Shown piece after piece: positions 42,895-52,508 of a stretch of 64,000 bases of DNA. The notes under the pieces are model-generated. The model made no database searches. It was not told the origin of the DNA and saw nothing but the letters and a program-made list of their open reading frames with translations. The stretch is from a virus. The stretch lies in IMG/VR virus record IMGVR_UViG_3300050343_000182; one strand, 5' to 3'. The position numbers and the translations under genes are program-made. Every line of letters begins with the position of its first letter. Positions within the stretch are counted from its first letter, which is position 1.

Positions 42895-43449
42895 ATGGCA
42901 ACTTGGAATAAGCAAATTGAAAACAGGAATTTCCTGTCGCCTATTGGATTTAGGTTTACCCTTGCCAAGTATCCTAAGGTTGCATATTTTGCACAGTCTG
43001 CAAACATCCCACAGATCACATTAGGTATTCAACAGCAACCTACACCCTACAGAGCACTACCTCTGGAGGGTTTTATGACGTACGATCCTTTTACGTTATC
43101 ATTCCTTGTAGATGAGGACATGACTAACTACATGATCATGCACAACTGGATCCGTGCTTTAGGAACACCTAACGATACTGTAGAGAGAATTGATTTTAGA
43201 AATAAGATGACTGCACTCTTTGGTAATGATGATCTATATGCTGACGCAACGTTGTCTGTGCTCAACAGCAACTTCAAAATGAATTTCAACGTCCAGTTTG
43301 AGGGACTGATTCCCACTGGGTTGAATGCACTAGAATTTAATGCTACAATAGATGGCACAGAGTATGCCATGGCACAAGTAACATTCCAATACATGCGCTT
43401 TGAGATACAAGATACTGTCACCTACCAACGAGACAAGCGACTTACTTAA
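42895..43449 (+). CDS. g3: Tail tube terminator / tail completion protein gp3
   Basis: NRNFLSPIGFRF, FLVDEDMTNY..HNWI, DATLSVLNSN; position before uvsY. Confidence 0.8.
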   Translation: MATWNKQIENRNFLSPIGFRFTLAKYPKVAYFAQSANIPQITLGIQQQPTPYRALPLEGFMTYDPFTLSFLVDEDMTNYMIMHNWIRALGTPNDTVERIDFRNKMTALFGNDDLYADATLSVLNSNFKMNFNVQFEGLIPTGLNALEFNATIDGTEYAMAQVTFQYMRFEIQDTVTYQRDKRLT

Positions 43450-43892
43450 TGAATCTAGACAAAATTGAGGAGATGTGGGCAAAGGACTCTGAAAGATTCT
43501 TTGATCACAGGGAGTTACCTGAGCTGTTGGCAAACGACAGTATGGAAACACCCAGACTCCATGCAAAGTATTTGCAATTTATTAATCAATTCAAACTGAT
43601 GCTATCAGAAGCAGAAGTAAAGCGCAAGGTATTACTGCGTGAGAAGTTTGAATACTATTCTGGTAAAGCACCTGCCACAGTCTATAAAGAAAAACCTTTT
43701 GCACTCAAAGTGCTCAAGGGTGACCTTCACATGTACATTGATAGTGACCCAGATCTCACTAGAGCACAGCAAAAAATAGACTACCTCGAAACTTGTATAA
43801 ATTGTATTGATAGGATACTTAAACAGATCGACAGTCGTGGATTTGCAATTAAGAATACTATCGAAATTGTGAAGTATTATGGAATCAGATGA
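43449..43892 (+). CDS. uvsY: Recombination mediator UvsY
   Basis: W.KDS, P.LHAKYL, EYYSGKA, YIDSDPDL, RGFAIKNTIE. Confidence 0.88.
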   Translation: MNLDKIEEMWAKDSERFFDHRELPELLANDSMETPRLHAKYLQFINQFKLMLSEAEVKRKVLLREKFEYYSGKAPATVYKEKPFALKVLKGDLHMYIDSDPDLTRAQQKIDYLETCINCIDRILKQIDSRGFAIKNTIEIVKYYGIR

Positions 43893-45349
43893 TTACTATC
43901 GTGAAGAAAAACGAAGTTTTTCTCAAAGTAGAAGGCGAGCAACACATCCATAAAGAACTAAGCGAGCACTTCCAGTTTGAAGTGCCAGGTGCTAAGTTCA
44001 TGCCACAGTATAGAAAAAAAGTATGGGACGGTAAGATCCGATTATACTCTCCAGGCACAGGAGAGATCTATGTCGGTCTATACGATTACCTTTTAGAGTA
44101 TCTCGACCAGAAAGGATACGAGTATGCTATCCAAGATAGCAAATTCTTTGGTCTACCCAATGAGGAGGAAGAGTATGTATCACCAGAATCAGTGGCGTCT
44201 TTTGTTAGATCTTTGGGACTGCCATTTAAGATTCGCGACTACCAACTCAAAGCACTTTTCACGGCAATTAAGCAGCGTCGCAAGTTACTACTCTCGCCTA
44301 CAGGATCTGGAAAATCGCTGATCATTTATGGTCTAGTCCGCTGGCATCTTAAGGCGGAGCGAGAGATCCTAATCATTGTACCTACAGTCTCTCTAGTCTC
44401 ACAATTAACGCAAGACTTCAAAGACTACGGGTGGCAAGCAGATCACTATGTCCATCAAATCATGGGGGGAAAGGAGAGGTATGTAGAAGCACCTGTCGTC
44501 ATCTCCACATGGCAGAGTATCTACAAGGAACCTAAGAAATTCTTTGAGAGGTTTGATGTAATCATTGGTGATGAAGCACACCTGTATAAGGCGAAGAGTC
44601 TGTCAGGTATTTTGAATAAGTGTCACGATGCTCGCTATCGTGTCGGGCTGACAGGGACCCTAGATGGTATGTACAGTCATCAGTTGGTGTTGGAGGGTCT
44701 ATTTGGACGCTGTGATAGGGTAACAACCACTGTCGATCTAATGAAGAAAGGACAGTTGACTCCATTGAAAGTGAAATGTCTTTTGTTGCAGCATGGTCAT
44801 GTGCCATTCGATACCTATCAGCAAGAGATGGATTATATAGTATCACATCCCAAGAGAAATAACCTAATTTGTAACCTAGCAGAAGACATAGGTGGCAATA
44901 CACTCATCCTATTCAACTACATCGAGAAGCACGGTGACCCTCTGTGGGAGATGCTAAATACTAAGGTGAGCAAAGATCGAAGGATCTTCTTTATTCATGG
45001 TGGTGTAGATGCTGTTGAAAGAGAAGAGGCTCGCAAGATATGTGAGCAGGAGAAAGACGCAATCATCCTTGCATCCTACGGAACATTCTCAACAGGCATT
45101 AACATTCGCAACCTACATAATGTAATCTTTGCGAGTCCATCCAAATCACGAGTAAGAAACCTCCAGTCCATTGGACGTGTCTTGCGAAAGGGAGATAACA
45201 AAGCACAGGCAGTGTTGTATGACATTGCTGATGATTGCTCCCGAGGTAATAGACACAATTATACTCTCCGTCACCTCATTGAAAGATTGAAAATCTATGA
45301 GGAAGAGAAATTTGATTATGAAATCACTAAGGTAAATTTACGACAATGA
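43889..45349 (+). CDS. uvsW: DNA helicase UvsW
   Basis: WDGKIRL, SPTGSGKS, DEAH, GLTGT, ASYGTFSTGINI, LQSIGRVLR. Confidence 0.95.
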   Translation: MITIVKKNEVFLKVEGEQHIHKELSEHFQFEVPGAKFMPQYRKKVWDGKIRLYSPGTGEIYVGLYDYLLEYLDQKGYEYAIQDSKFFGLPNEEEEYVSPESVASFVRSLGLPFKIRDYQLKALFTAIKQRRKLLLSPTGSGKSLIIYGLVRWHLKAEREILIIVPTVSLVSQLTQDFKDYGWQADHYVHQIMGGKERYVEAPVVISTWQSIYKEPKKFFERFDVIIGDEAHLYKAKSLSGILNKCHDARYRVGLTGTLDGMYSHQLVLEGLFGRCDRVTTTVDLMKKGQLTPLKVKCLLLQHGHVPFDTYQQEMDYIVSHPKRNNLICNLAEDIGGNTLILFNYIEKHGDPLWEMLNTKVSKDRRIFFIHGGVDAVEREEARKICEQEKDAIILASYGTFSTGINIRNLHNVIFASPSKSRVRNLQSIGRVLRKGDNKAQAVLYDIADDCSRGNRHNYTLRHLIERLKIYEEEKFDYEITKVNLRQ

Positions 45350-45774
45350 TTAACTACATCCGTCACGACAATGAATTCTACGGAATCATCAAGCTAGTAA
45401 CTGGTGAGGAAGTAATAGGTACAATGATCGCCACGAATGAAGATAACTGCACAATGGTATATGTATCTGACCCTCTGTCACCTACACTCACCCCTATAGA
45501 GAAACCTGATGGTGAGATGGGTCTAGCAGCAGGATTTACTAAGTGGATGCTCTGGTCAGATGAAGATTTCTATATCATTCAAGAGCCAGATATTGTGACA
45601 ATTGCCCCTATGTCCACTGAGGCAATCATGATGTATAAAATGTGGTGGAGGAAAGACGGTAAACTAGATAGAGAAGAAGATCCTGGTGTCCCCATGAATG
45701 AAAACATGGGTCTCATCGGTAAAGTCTCAGAGATGAGAAAGAAACTAGAGGATCAGTGGAAGAACTCTAAGTAG
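45346..45774 (+). CDS. Hypothetical protein (Sm-like fold candidate)
   Basis: GIIKLVTGEEVI N-terminal motif; usual position between uvsW and g55. Confidence 0.7.
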   Translation: MINYIRHDNEFYGIIKLVTGEEVIGTMIATNEDNCTMVYVSDPLSPTLTPIEKPDGEMGLAAGFTKWMLWSDEDFYIIQEPDIVTIAPMSTEAIMMYKMWWRKDGKLDREEDPGVPMNENMGLIGKVSEMRKKLEDQWKNSK

Positions 45775-45800
45775 TATTGTTTCCAACCCTTACATGGTTG

Positions 45801-45829
45801 AGTATAATGATTATTCTTAGAGTTGTCAA
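45801..45829 (-). promoter_or_regulatory. Sigma70-type promoter on the minus strand
   Basis: Minus strand reads TTGACA (45829-45824), 17 nt, TATACT (45806-45801). Confidence 0.55.
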
Positions 45830-45831
45830 GC

Positions 45832-45860
45832 TTGACTTATGGGATACAAACCTTTATAAT
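45832..45860 (+). promoter_or_regulatory. Sigma70-type promoter for g55
   Basis: TTGACT (45832-45837), 17 nt, TATAAT (45855-45860). Confidence 0.8.
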
Positions 45861-45882
45861 GCATTTGTGAGCAAAATTAAAT

Positions 45883-46359
45883 ATGACTTTAATGCCTCCT
45901 AAGAAAAAACAACACTACGTTGATAACAAAAAGTTTCTTGTGGAGATCGTTAAGTACCGAGAAGCAGTTGAGATTGCCAAGATACAAGATAAAGAGAAGC
46001 CTAGGATTACTCATTACCTAGGTGATTGCTTCTTGAAGATTGCTACCCACCTGTCATACAGACCTAATTTTATTAACTACATGTATAAGGAGGACATGAT
46101 CTCCGATGGTGTAGAGAATTGCGTCCAGTATATCGATAACTTCGATCCTGCCAAGAGCAAGAATCCATTTGCATATTTCACGCAAATCGTTTACTATGCG
46201 TTTTTGCGACGAATTGCTAAGGAAAAGCGTCAGATGGATATCCGTGATAAACTGATCGAGAAGAACGGTTACGATCAGGTCTTCCACTCAGATGACAACG
46301 ACAACCACGCTGACATGAATTCCATCAAGAGTCGCATCGAAACCAACATGCGTAACTAA
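45883..46359 (+). CDS. g55: Late sigma factor gp55
   Basis: HYVDNKKF, CFLKIATHLSYRPNF..Y.YKEDMISDGVENC, NPFAYFTQI.YYAFLRRI.KEK. Confidence 0.95.
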   Translation: MTLMPPKKKQHYVDNKKFLVEIVKYREAVEIAKIQDKEKPRITHYLGDCFLKIATHLSYRPNFINYMYKEDMISDGVENCVQYIDNFDPAKSKNPFAYFTQIVYYAFLRRIAKEKRQMDIRDKLIEKNGYDQVFHSDDNDNHADMNSIKSRIETNMRN

Positions 46360-46363
46360 CTCC

Positions 46364-46645
46364 ATGCCAAAGTCCACCCTTGCTTCATCGTTGGGAGATA
46401 ATCCCACGATTGAGAAAAACATCCCTGATGATGTAGAATGGATTGATGATGCATTCTATATTAAGGAAACCAGATACGGTCTCTACACCAGTGTGCTAAA
46501 GAATCCTCTAGGGGCAAACTTTCTCACTGGTGCTACCAAAGAAGGTATCCTTCAGACAACAAGATGGCATCTGAAGTGTCTGCAAGATGACACTCTCCAT
46601 CTATACACACGAGTAGTAAACGCAACCGCTGGAGTAAAACTCTAA
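46364..46645 (+). CDS. Hypothetical protein
   Basis: 93 aa, WIDDAFYIKETRYGLY; operon spacing. Confidence 0.65.
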   Translation: MPKSTLASSLGDNPTIEKNIPDDVEWIDDAFYIKETRYGLYTSVLKNPLGANFLTGATKEGILQTTRWHLKCLQDDTLHLYTRVVNATAGVKL

Positions 46646-46791
46646 TGACACAGAAAGACGGACTTGACGAACTTCACGATGCCCAGCAGAGGGACAATCC
46701 CTGCCGTGATGAGAATGAGCGCGGTTACTACCGCAAACGACTTCGTGATCTAGAAAATGGTAAAAGGAATGAAAATCCTACTGATAACTGA
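46645..46791 (+). CDS. 48-aa hypothetical protein
   Basis: TAATG overlap; fills the gap up to g47. Confidence 0.4.
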   Translation: MTQKDGLDELHDAQQRDNPCRDENERGYYRKRLRDLENGKRNENPTDN

Positions 46792-47794
46792 TCAGCACTT
46801 TGGTGTCAGAAATGACAATCAATTCTTTCAAAAACTTTATAGAAAATTTTACCACGATGTAGTCCTCCCTTACATCGACAGAGAAGGTATCACTCAGGTC
46901 TTATGCTTAGGTGATACCTTTGATCGTCGAAAGTATGTGAATTTTAATTCATTAGAAGCAGCACGAGAGATGTGGTTTGATCCACTTGCTGAGCGAGGCA
47001 TCCGTATGTCTATGCTCATCGGTAATCATGACATCTATTACAAGAATACTCTCAAGGTAAATGCACCTGATCTGCTGCTAGGTGACTACAACAACATCGA
47101 GATCATTACAGAACCTACTGCTAAGAAGTTTGGCAGTAGAAGTTTCCTCCTCCTACCATGGATTTGTCCTGAAAACCAGGACCATATCATGAAAAAGGTC
47201 AAGGCATCTAAAGCATCTGTATGCTTAGGACACCTTGAGTTGAATGGGTTTGAAGTTATCCCTGGTCTCAAGATGGACCATGGTATTGATCGCTCTCCCT
47301 TTGAGAAGTTTGACCTGACATGCTCTGGTCACTATCACATGAAGAGTAAGCAAGGTCCTATCCAGTATCTGGGTAACCCTTATCAACTGTATTGGAATGA
47401 TTATGGGTATAAACGTGGATTCCACGTCCTAAATACAGATGATTTGTCAATGGAATTCGTTGCAAATCCCTATAATACTTTTAGTAAGGTCTACTACACC
47501 GATGATATTGATGTCTCTACCTTCCCACAGTTGGAAGGGACATACGTTAAACTGGTTGTAGGAGAAGAGAAAGATCAAGTTAAGTTTGATCGGTGCATAA
47601 GGAAGCTTCAGCAGGTTGACCTGGCAGACTTGAAGATTGTCGAAGACATGTCTCAAGAGTTGGGTGAAATTGATGAAGAGATTGAGGTTGAAGACACTCT
47701 TTCTATCCTGGAATCATGTGTCTCAGAGTATAAAAATCACGATGAGATTTTTGGCATCTTAAAATCCCTATATGTGGAAGCGTTGGAGGTCTAA
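46769..47794 (+). CDS. g47: Recombination endonuclease subunit gp47 (Mre11/SbcD-like)
   Basis: ITDQHFG, LGDTFDRRK, IGNHD, GHLEL, SGHYH, YLGNPYQL.W.D. Confidence 0.95.
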   Translation: MKILLITDQHFGVRNDNQFFQKLYRKFYHDVVLPYIDREGITQVLCLGDTFDRRKYVNFNSLEAAREMWFDPLAERGIRMSMLIGNHDIYYKNTLKVNAPDLLLGDYNNIEIITEPTAKKFGSRSFLLLPWICPENQDHIMKKVKASKASVCLGHLELNGFEVIPGLKMDHGIDRSPFEKFDLTCSGHYHMKSKQGPIQYLGNPYQLYWNDYGYKRGFHVLNTDDLSMEFVANPYNTFSKVYYTDDIDVSTFPQLEGTYVKLVVGEEKDQVKFDRCIRKLQQVDLADLKIVEDMSQELGEIDEEIEVEDTLSILESCVSEYKNHDEIFGILKSLYVEALEV

Positions 47795-48054
47795 TGTTTG
47801 TCCTGACTGACAATAAATCAGGTGGAGTCTATGCTGTCAGAGATGATGTGGCAGTAGACCGCGTTGTCCAGTTGTTTGTTGACAAGGACGACGCCGAACG
47901 CTATTATATGCTACTGAAGGCAGACGAATACCCTCGTGACCTCTCGGTCACGGAGGTAGACGAAGATACTGTCAAAGAAAACTGTCATCAATACGGGTAT
48001 CGTTTTACCATTATTGATGCTGATGAATTTGTTATCCCGCCCCCACAAGAATGA
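47794..48054 (+). CDS. Hypothetical protein (DUF3110-like)
   Basis: GVYAV...LFVDKDDAERY motif; usual g47-g46 spacer gene. Confidence 0.65.
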   Translation: MFVLTDNKSGGVYAVRDDVAVDRVVQLFVDKDDAERYYMLLKADEYPRDLSVTEVDEDTVKENCHQYGYRFTIIDADEFVIPPPQE

Positions 48055-49766
48055 TTGTATTTGAAAAGATTCGTTGGAAGAATTTCCTCAGTACAGGTAA
48101 TACCTTTACGGAAATGACACTTAACGAATCTAAGTCGCAACTTGTCATTGGGTCTAACGGTGCAGGTAAATCCACTATGCTGGATGCCCTGTGCTTTGTG
48201 CTATTTAATAAACCTTTTCGTAAAATTAATAAGTCTCAACTGGTCAACAGCGTCAATGAGAAGGAGTGCTGTGTAGAGGTTGAGTTCTCTATTGGTAAAG
48301 TAAATTACCATGTCATCAGGGGCATCAAACCAGGCATCTTTAAGGTCCTTAGAAACGGACAACTGCTTGATCAAGATGCTGCTCAGAAGGACTACCAGAA
48401 GTATCTTGAGCAGAGTATCCTTAAGTTTAACTATAAGTCATTTACACAGGTTGTTATCCTAGGTAGCAGCACATTTGTGCCTTTCATGCAACTTCCTGCC
48501 ACACATAGGAGAGAGGTGGTAGAAGACCTGCTGGACATCAAAATCTTTTCTAAGATGAATACTATCCTGAAGGATAGAGTCAAGGATAATAAGGAGAATT
48601 TCACATCATGTAAGCACACGCTGGAGATTTGTGAGACAAAATTGAATCACCAACGTGCATCTATCCATAAACTCACTGAGTTACAGGATGGCGTTATTAA
48701 AAGTTTGCACACAAAGTTTAATAACAACGAAGATAGTATCGTATGGTTGAATAAGCGTCAGGAAGAAAACAATCACTCGATGGGTGCGCTTGCTGAGAGT
48801 ATTACTGACCAATCTTCATGGCAGGAGAAGTATGATAGTCTCCGTGACATGCGATCTAAGATCGAGCAGAATAAAAACAAGGCAGATAAAGATCATAAGT
48901 TCTATACCAAGCATGATAAGTGTCCAACATGTAGTCAAGACCTAGAAGAAGAGCACAAACATCGTCAACTTGTGGACGCTGAGTCACGTCGTGTCAAGTA
49001 TACTGAAGGTTACACAAAGATCGATGAGCAAGTCAGTCTCATCTATGACAAACTGCGTGACATGAAGGGTTATGGGCAGTCAATTATTGAATTGCAGAGT
49101 GACAATATCAATATTGATAAGCAGGTATCACGACTGCTTAGAGAGAATGAAAGCATCATGGCCGAGGTAAACAAAGAGACCCCAGATATTGATGGTGAGA
49201 GGGTAAGATTAGACGAATATGAGGCAGAATACTCTGAAAATATAGAGCGTTGTGCTGGTGTCAGTAAAGAGTTTGACAACCTAAAAATTGTATCCTCTCT
49301 GCTCAGGGACAGTGGTATTAAAAGTAAGGTAATCAGTAAGTTTGTGCCTATTTTTAACAATCAAATCAATAAATATCTCCAACTCATGGACTTCTTTATT
49401 GGATTCACACTGGACGAAGAATTCAATGAGGTCATCAAGTCTCGTTGCCGTGATGAGTTCTCTTATGCATCGTTTTCAGAGGGTGAAAAGCAGAAAATTG
49501 ACCTGTCTTTGCTGTTCTGCTGGCGTGACATTGCCAAGATGAAAAACTCTGCATCAACCAATCTCCTCATCCTTGACGAGGTATTCGATTCTTCTCTTGA
49601 TACTGCTGCTACAGACGAATTGATGAAGATTCTAAGGGGTATGGACGACAGGACCAACCTATTTGTGATCAGTCACAAGGGTGACATCCTCCTGGACAAG
49701 TTTGATAGTGTGGTCACCTTTGACAAGGTGGGTGATTTCTCGACCATGAAGCAGGACAGTCTATAA
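48051..49766 (+). CDS. g46: Recombination ATPase gp46 (Rad50/SbcC-like)
   Basis: WKNFLSTGN, GSNGAGKST, CPTC zinc hook, SFSEGEKQKID, LILDEVFDSSLD. Confidence 0.96.
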   Translation: MIVFEKIRWKNFLSTGNTFTEMTLNESKSQLVIGSNGAGKSTMLDALCFVLFNKPFRKINKSQLVNSVNEKECCVEVEFSIGKVNYHVIRGIKPGIFKVLRNGQLLDQDAAQKDYQKYLEQSILKFNYKSFTQVVILGSSTFVPFMQLPATHRREVVEDLLDIKIFSKMNTILKDRVKDNKENFTSCKHTLEICETKLNHQRASIHKLTELQDGVIKSLHTKFNNNEDSIVWLNKRQEENNHSMGALAESITDQSSWQEKYDSLRDMRSKIEQNKNKADKDHKFYTKHDKCPTCSQDLEEEHKHRQLVDAESRRVKYTEGYTKIDEQVSLIYDKLRDMKGYGQSIIELQSDNINIDKQVSRLLRENESIMAEVNKETPDIDGERVRLDEYEAEYSENIERCAGVSKEFDNLKIVSSLLRDSGIKSKVISKFVPIFNNQINKYLQLMDFFIGFTLDEEFNEVIKSRCRDEFSYASFSEGEKQKIDLSLLFCWRDIAKMKNSASTNLLILDEVFDSSLDTAATDELMKILRGMDDRTNLFVISHKGDILLDKFDSVVTFDKVGDFSTMKQDSL

Positions 49767-49810
49767 AGTGGCACCTTCCCCCTTTCGGGGACTGTGTGGC
49801 TGTGTATAAT
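49754..49810 (+). promoter_or_regulatory. Putative phage early promoter with upstream inverted-repeat element
   Basis: GGACAG-N8-GTGGCA starting 51 nt before TATAAT (49805); same architecture at 52427. Confidence 0.6.
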
Positions 49811-49831
49811 AGATGCATACACAAAGAAAGC

Positions 49832-51949
49832 ATGACCGTACAAGAAGTCAAAGGCACCCTTGCCAAATTACTCGCCGCTGAAAACCTCGTTGTAGAGCAC
49901 AAGGCAGTCAGCACAGCATCCTTTGACGTGCATCTTCGTGTCCTGACCCTCCCTATCTGGAATGCTAAGGAAATTGTCTTCAACCTGCTGGTAGCGCATG
50001 AAGTAGGACACGCTCTCTTCACCCCAGACAGTGACCTTCTAGAGAGACTTCCTTGCCCCAAGTCTTATGTCAATGTGACCGAGGATGCTCGCATTGAGAA
50101 GTTGATGAAGCGTAAATTTGCAGGTATTTCCAAGGATTTCTACGGTGGATACAAGCAACTTCATGAGGATGATTTCTTCAGCGTCAAGGAGATCAACACC
50201 AACTCACTCAAACTGATTGACCGTATCAATCTTTACTATAAATTGGGTGCAAATGCCTTTATGCCCTTCTCTGCTGAAGAGATTCCTCTTCGCGATGCAG
50301 TAGGTGAGGCAGAGTCTTTCCAAGACGCTATCGATGCTGCTGTCGCTATCAAAGAGTTTGAAAAAGCAGAAGCAGATCAGCAAAAAATTGATGATATTAG
50401 TGATGTAGACAACAATTCTGGTGGTGGTAGCGACCAGCAGGAAGCACAAGATGAGAGACCTTCTTCTGGAGGTGATGATGGTGATGAGCAAGACGGTGAT
50501 AATGAAGGTCAGGAAGATGCAGACCTTGACACACCCTCATTCAACCGTGATGGTGGTGAAGGTGCAATGACTGATGAGTCTCTTGAAGAAGCACTGCAGG
50601 ACATTGCAACTGAGAACAGTAACAGTGAGACTAGGTATCTTGAGATCCCTAATGTTGACCTAAATCACGTCATTATTGACCCTAAACTGGTCAATGACGC
50701 GGCACAGGCATACTGGTCTGAGTGGACACACCCACTCACTCCATCCACAAGTCTTGACTGGAGTGTTTCAGATCAAAACTACCAGACTTTCAAGAGAGAT
50801 TGCACCCGTGAGGTGTCATATCTTCAGAAAGAGTTTGAGATGAAGAAGTCTGCAGCAGCACATGCTCGCGAGTCTATCTCTAAGACTGGTGTACTTGACA
50901 CTGCTAAACTTCATCAGTATCTTTACAACGAAGATCTCTTTAAGAAGGTCACAATCCGTCCTGATGGCAAGAATCACGGTCTGATCTTCCTTCTTGACTG
51001 GTCTGGATCCATGGCAGAGGTTATCCATGACACATACAGGCAACTGTTGTCATTGTGTTTCTTCTGTCGCAAGTCTGGCATCCCATTCAGTGTGTATGCC
51101 TTCGTAAATGACGCATCCTACGCTCAGTTCCGTGACTATGAAGAGACTGTTGGTAATGAGAATGACCTGTATGTTGCTAAGCACTTCCACCTTGTAGAAT
51201 TGCTCAACAGCACCCTTAATAACAGCACTTTTGACCGTTATGCTAGGGATATTTACCGTGTGACTCAGATGTATGAGCAACGCTATGGTAACCGCAATCC
51301 ATTCGCGAATCGTCCTGTCCCTGACTGCATCCCTCCTCACCTTATGCTTGGTGGCACCCCTCTGAATGAGGCAATTATATGCCTACAGACTCTGATTCCT
51401 GCATTTACTGCTAAGCATGGTGTTGAGAAGTGCCACGTTAGTATCCTGTCTGATGGCGAGAGCAACTGGTCTGGATGCTGGGTCAAGTCTACATATGACG
51501 ATAAGATCCATCGCTCTGCAATGCCTGCACAGTCCGCTATTCGTTGTCGCAAGACGGGTCGCACCTACAACACACCAAGGTGGGGTAACTACATGACTGA
51601 AACTCTCCTACGTTACATGAAGGGTCGTTTCCCACAGTGTAACTTCACTGGTTTCCGTCTTGGTAGCACCCGTGACATCAATTACATCATCCAAAACTTT
51701 AATACTCTCACTCAACCACAGAGGAAGACCGCTGCTGATGTATTCAAGAAGCACAAGTCAACCTCTGCTCCAATCATGGGTTATCAAGAATTGTTTCTAA
51801 TCCAAAGTAACAAGTTGAATGAGGAGGTAGAGTTTGATGTAGAGGAGTCTGCATCCAAAGCACAGATTACTCGTGCCTTCAAGAAAACTCTCAAGGCAAA
51901 GTCCAACAACAAGAAGATCCTCGCGTCCTTTATCAACCAAATTGCATGA
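49832..51949 (+). CDS. vWA-domain protein with N-terminal HEXXH motif (CobT-like)
   Basis: AHEVGHALFT; FLLDWSGSM MIDAS; GGTPL; ILSDGE. Confidence 0.8.
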   Translation: MTVQEVKGTLAKLLAAENLVVEHKAVSTASFDVHLRVLTLPIWNAKEIVFNLLVAHEVGHALFTPDSDLLERLPCPKSYVNVTEDARIEKLMKRKFAGISKDFYGGYKQLHEDDFFSVKEINTNSLKLIDRINLYYKLGANAFMPFSAEEIPLRDAVGEAESFQDAIDAAVAIKEFEKAEADQQKIDDISDVDNNSGGGSDQQEAQDERPSSGGDDGDEQDGDNEGQEDADLDTPSFNRDGGEGAMTDESLEEALQDIATENSNSETRYLEIPNVDLNHVIIDPKLVNDAAQAYWSEWTHPLTPSTSLDWSVSDQNYQTFKRDCTREVSYLQKEFEMKKSAAAHARESISKTGVLDTAKLHQYLYNEDLFKKVTIRPDGKNHGLIFLLDWSGSMAEVIHDTYRQLLSLCFFCRKSGIPFSVYAFVNDASYAQFRDYEETVGNENDLYVAKHFHLVELLNSTLNNSTFDRYARDIYRVTQMYEQRYGNRNPFANRPVPDCIPPHLMLGGTPLNEAIICLQTLIPAFTAKHGVEKCHVSILSDGESNWSGCWVKSTYDDKIHRSAMPAQSAIRCRKTGRTYNTPRWGNYMTETLLRYMKGRFPQCNFTGFRLGSTRDINYIIQNFNTLTQPQRKTAADVFKKHKSTSAPIMGYQELFLIQSNKLNEEVEFDVEESASKAQITRAFKKTLKAKSNNKKILASFINQIA

Positions 51950-52482
51950 ATATCTTTGCAGTAGATGATGATCCTGTCCTGGCAGCAACTTGTCTGCCAG
52001 ACAAGCACATCGTCAAGATGCCACTAGAGTGTTGCCAAATGCTCGCCATTGTATTCAGCAAGTGGTATCTCAATGAGGGTCCTGTTCTTAAGAAGGATGG
52101 GACTCCTTACGCTACAGAGAAGGGTGCATTTCGTAATCACCCTTGCACCAAGTGGGTAGCAGAGTCTGATGATAACATTCAGTGGTTGATGCAGCATGGC
52201 ATTTCTCTATGTGAAGAATATACATATAGATACGGTAAAAGACATGCCTGTCAGTCATCACTCGTAGTTGCTGCAGTCACGTATCAGCATGGTTGTCCTG
52301 ATGACCACACTCCGTTCGCTCGCGCTATGCCTGACGAGTGGAAGTTTGATGATAGTATCTCTACTATCGAAGCATACCAACGGTATGTGGCAAGCAAACC
52401 ATGGGTAGCGACTAACTACCTGCGTGTGCCAGATCACAAACCGTCCTGGGTGGACTACTACTCCACCGCAACCTGTGTATAA
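51946..52482 (+). CDS. Pyrimidine-dimer DNA glycosylase-family protein
   Basis: MNIF..D..P..AA..L.DKHIVKMPLE.CQML, HPCTKW. Confidence 0.6.
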   Translation: MNIFAVDDDPVLAATCLPDKHIVKMPLECCQMLAIVFSKWYLNEGPVLKKDGTPYATEKGAFRNHPCTKWVAESDDNIQWLMQHGISLCEEYTYRYGKRHACQSSLVVAAVTYQHGCPDDHTPFARAMPDEWKFDDSISTIEAYQRYVASKPWVATNYLRVPDHKPSWVDYYSTATCV

Positions 52483-52483
52483 T
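52427..52483 (+). promoter_or_regulatory. Second putative phage early promoter
   Basis: TGCCAG-N8-CCGTCC starting 51 nt before TATAAT (52478). Confidence 0.55.
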
Positions 52484-52508
52484 TACTGTATACACAACAA
52501 AGAAACAC

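Noticed and set aside
31294-49766. Inteins, introns or homing endonucleases in g17, g20, g23, uvsW, g46, g47
   Set aside because: All have normal lengths and continuous motifs; no HNH, GIY-YIG or LAGLIDADG ORF recognised.
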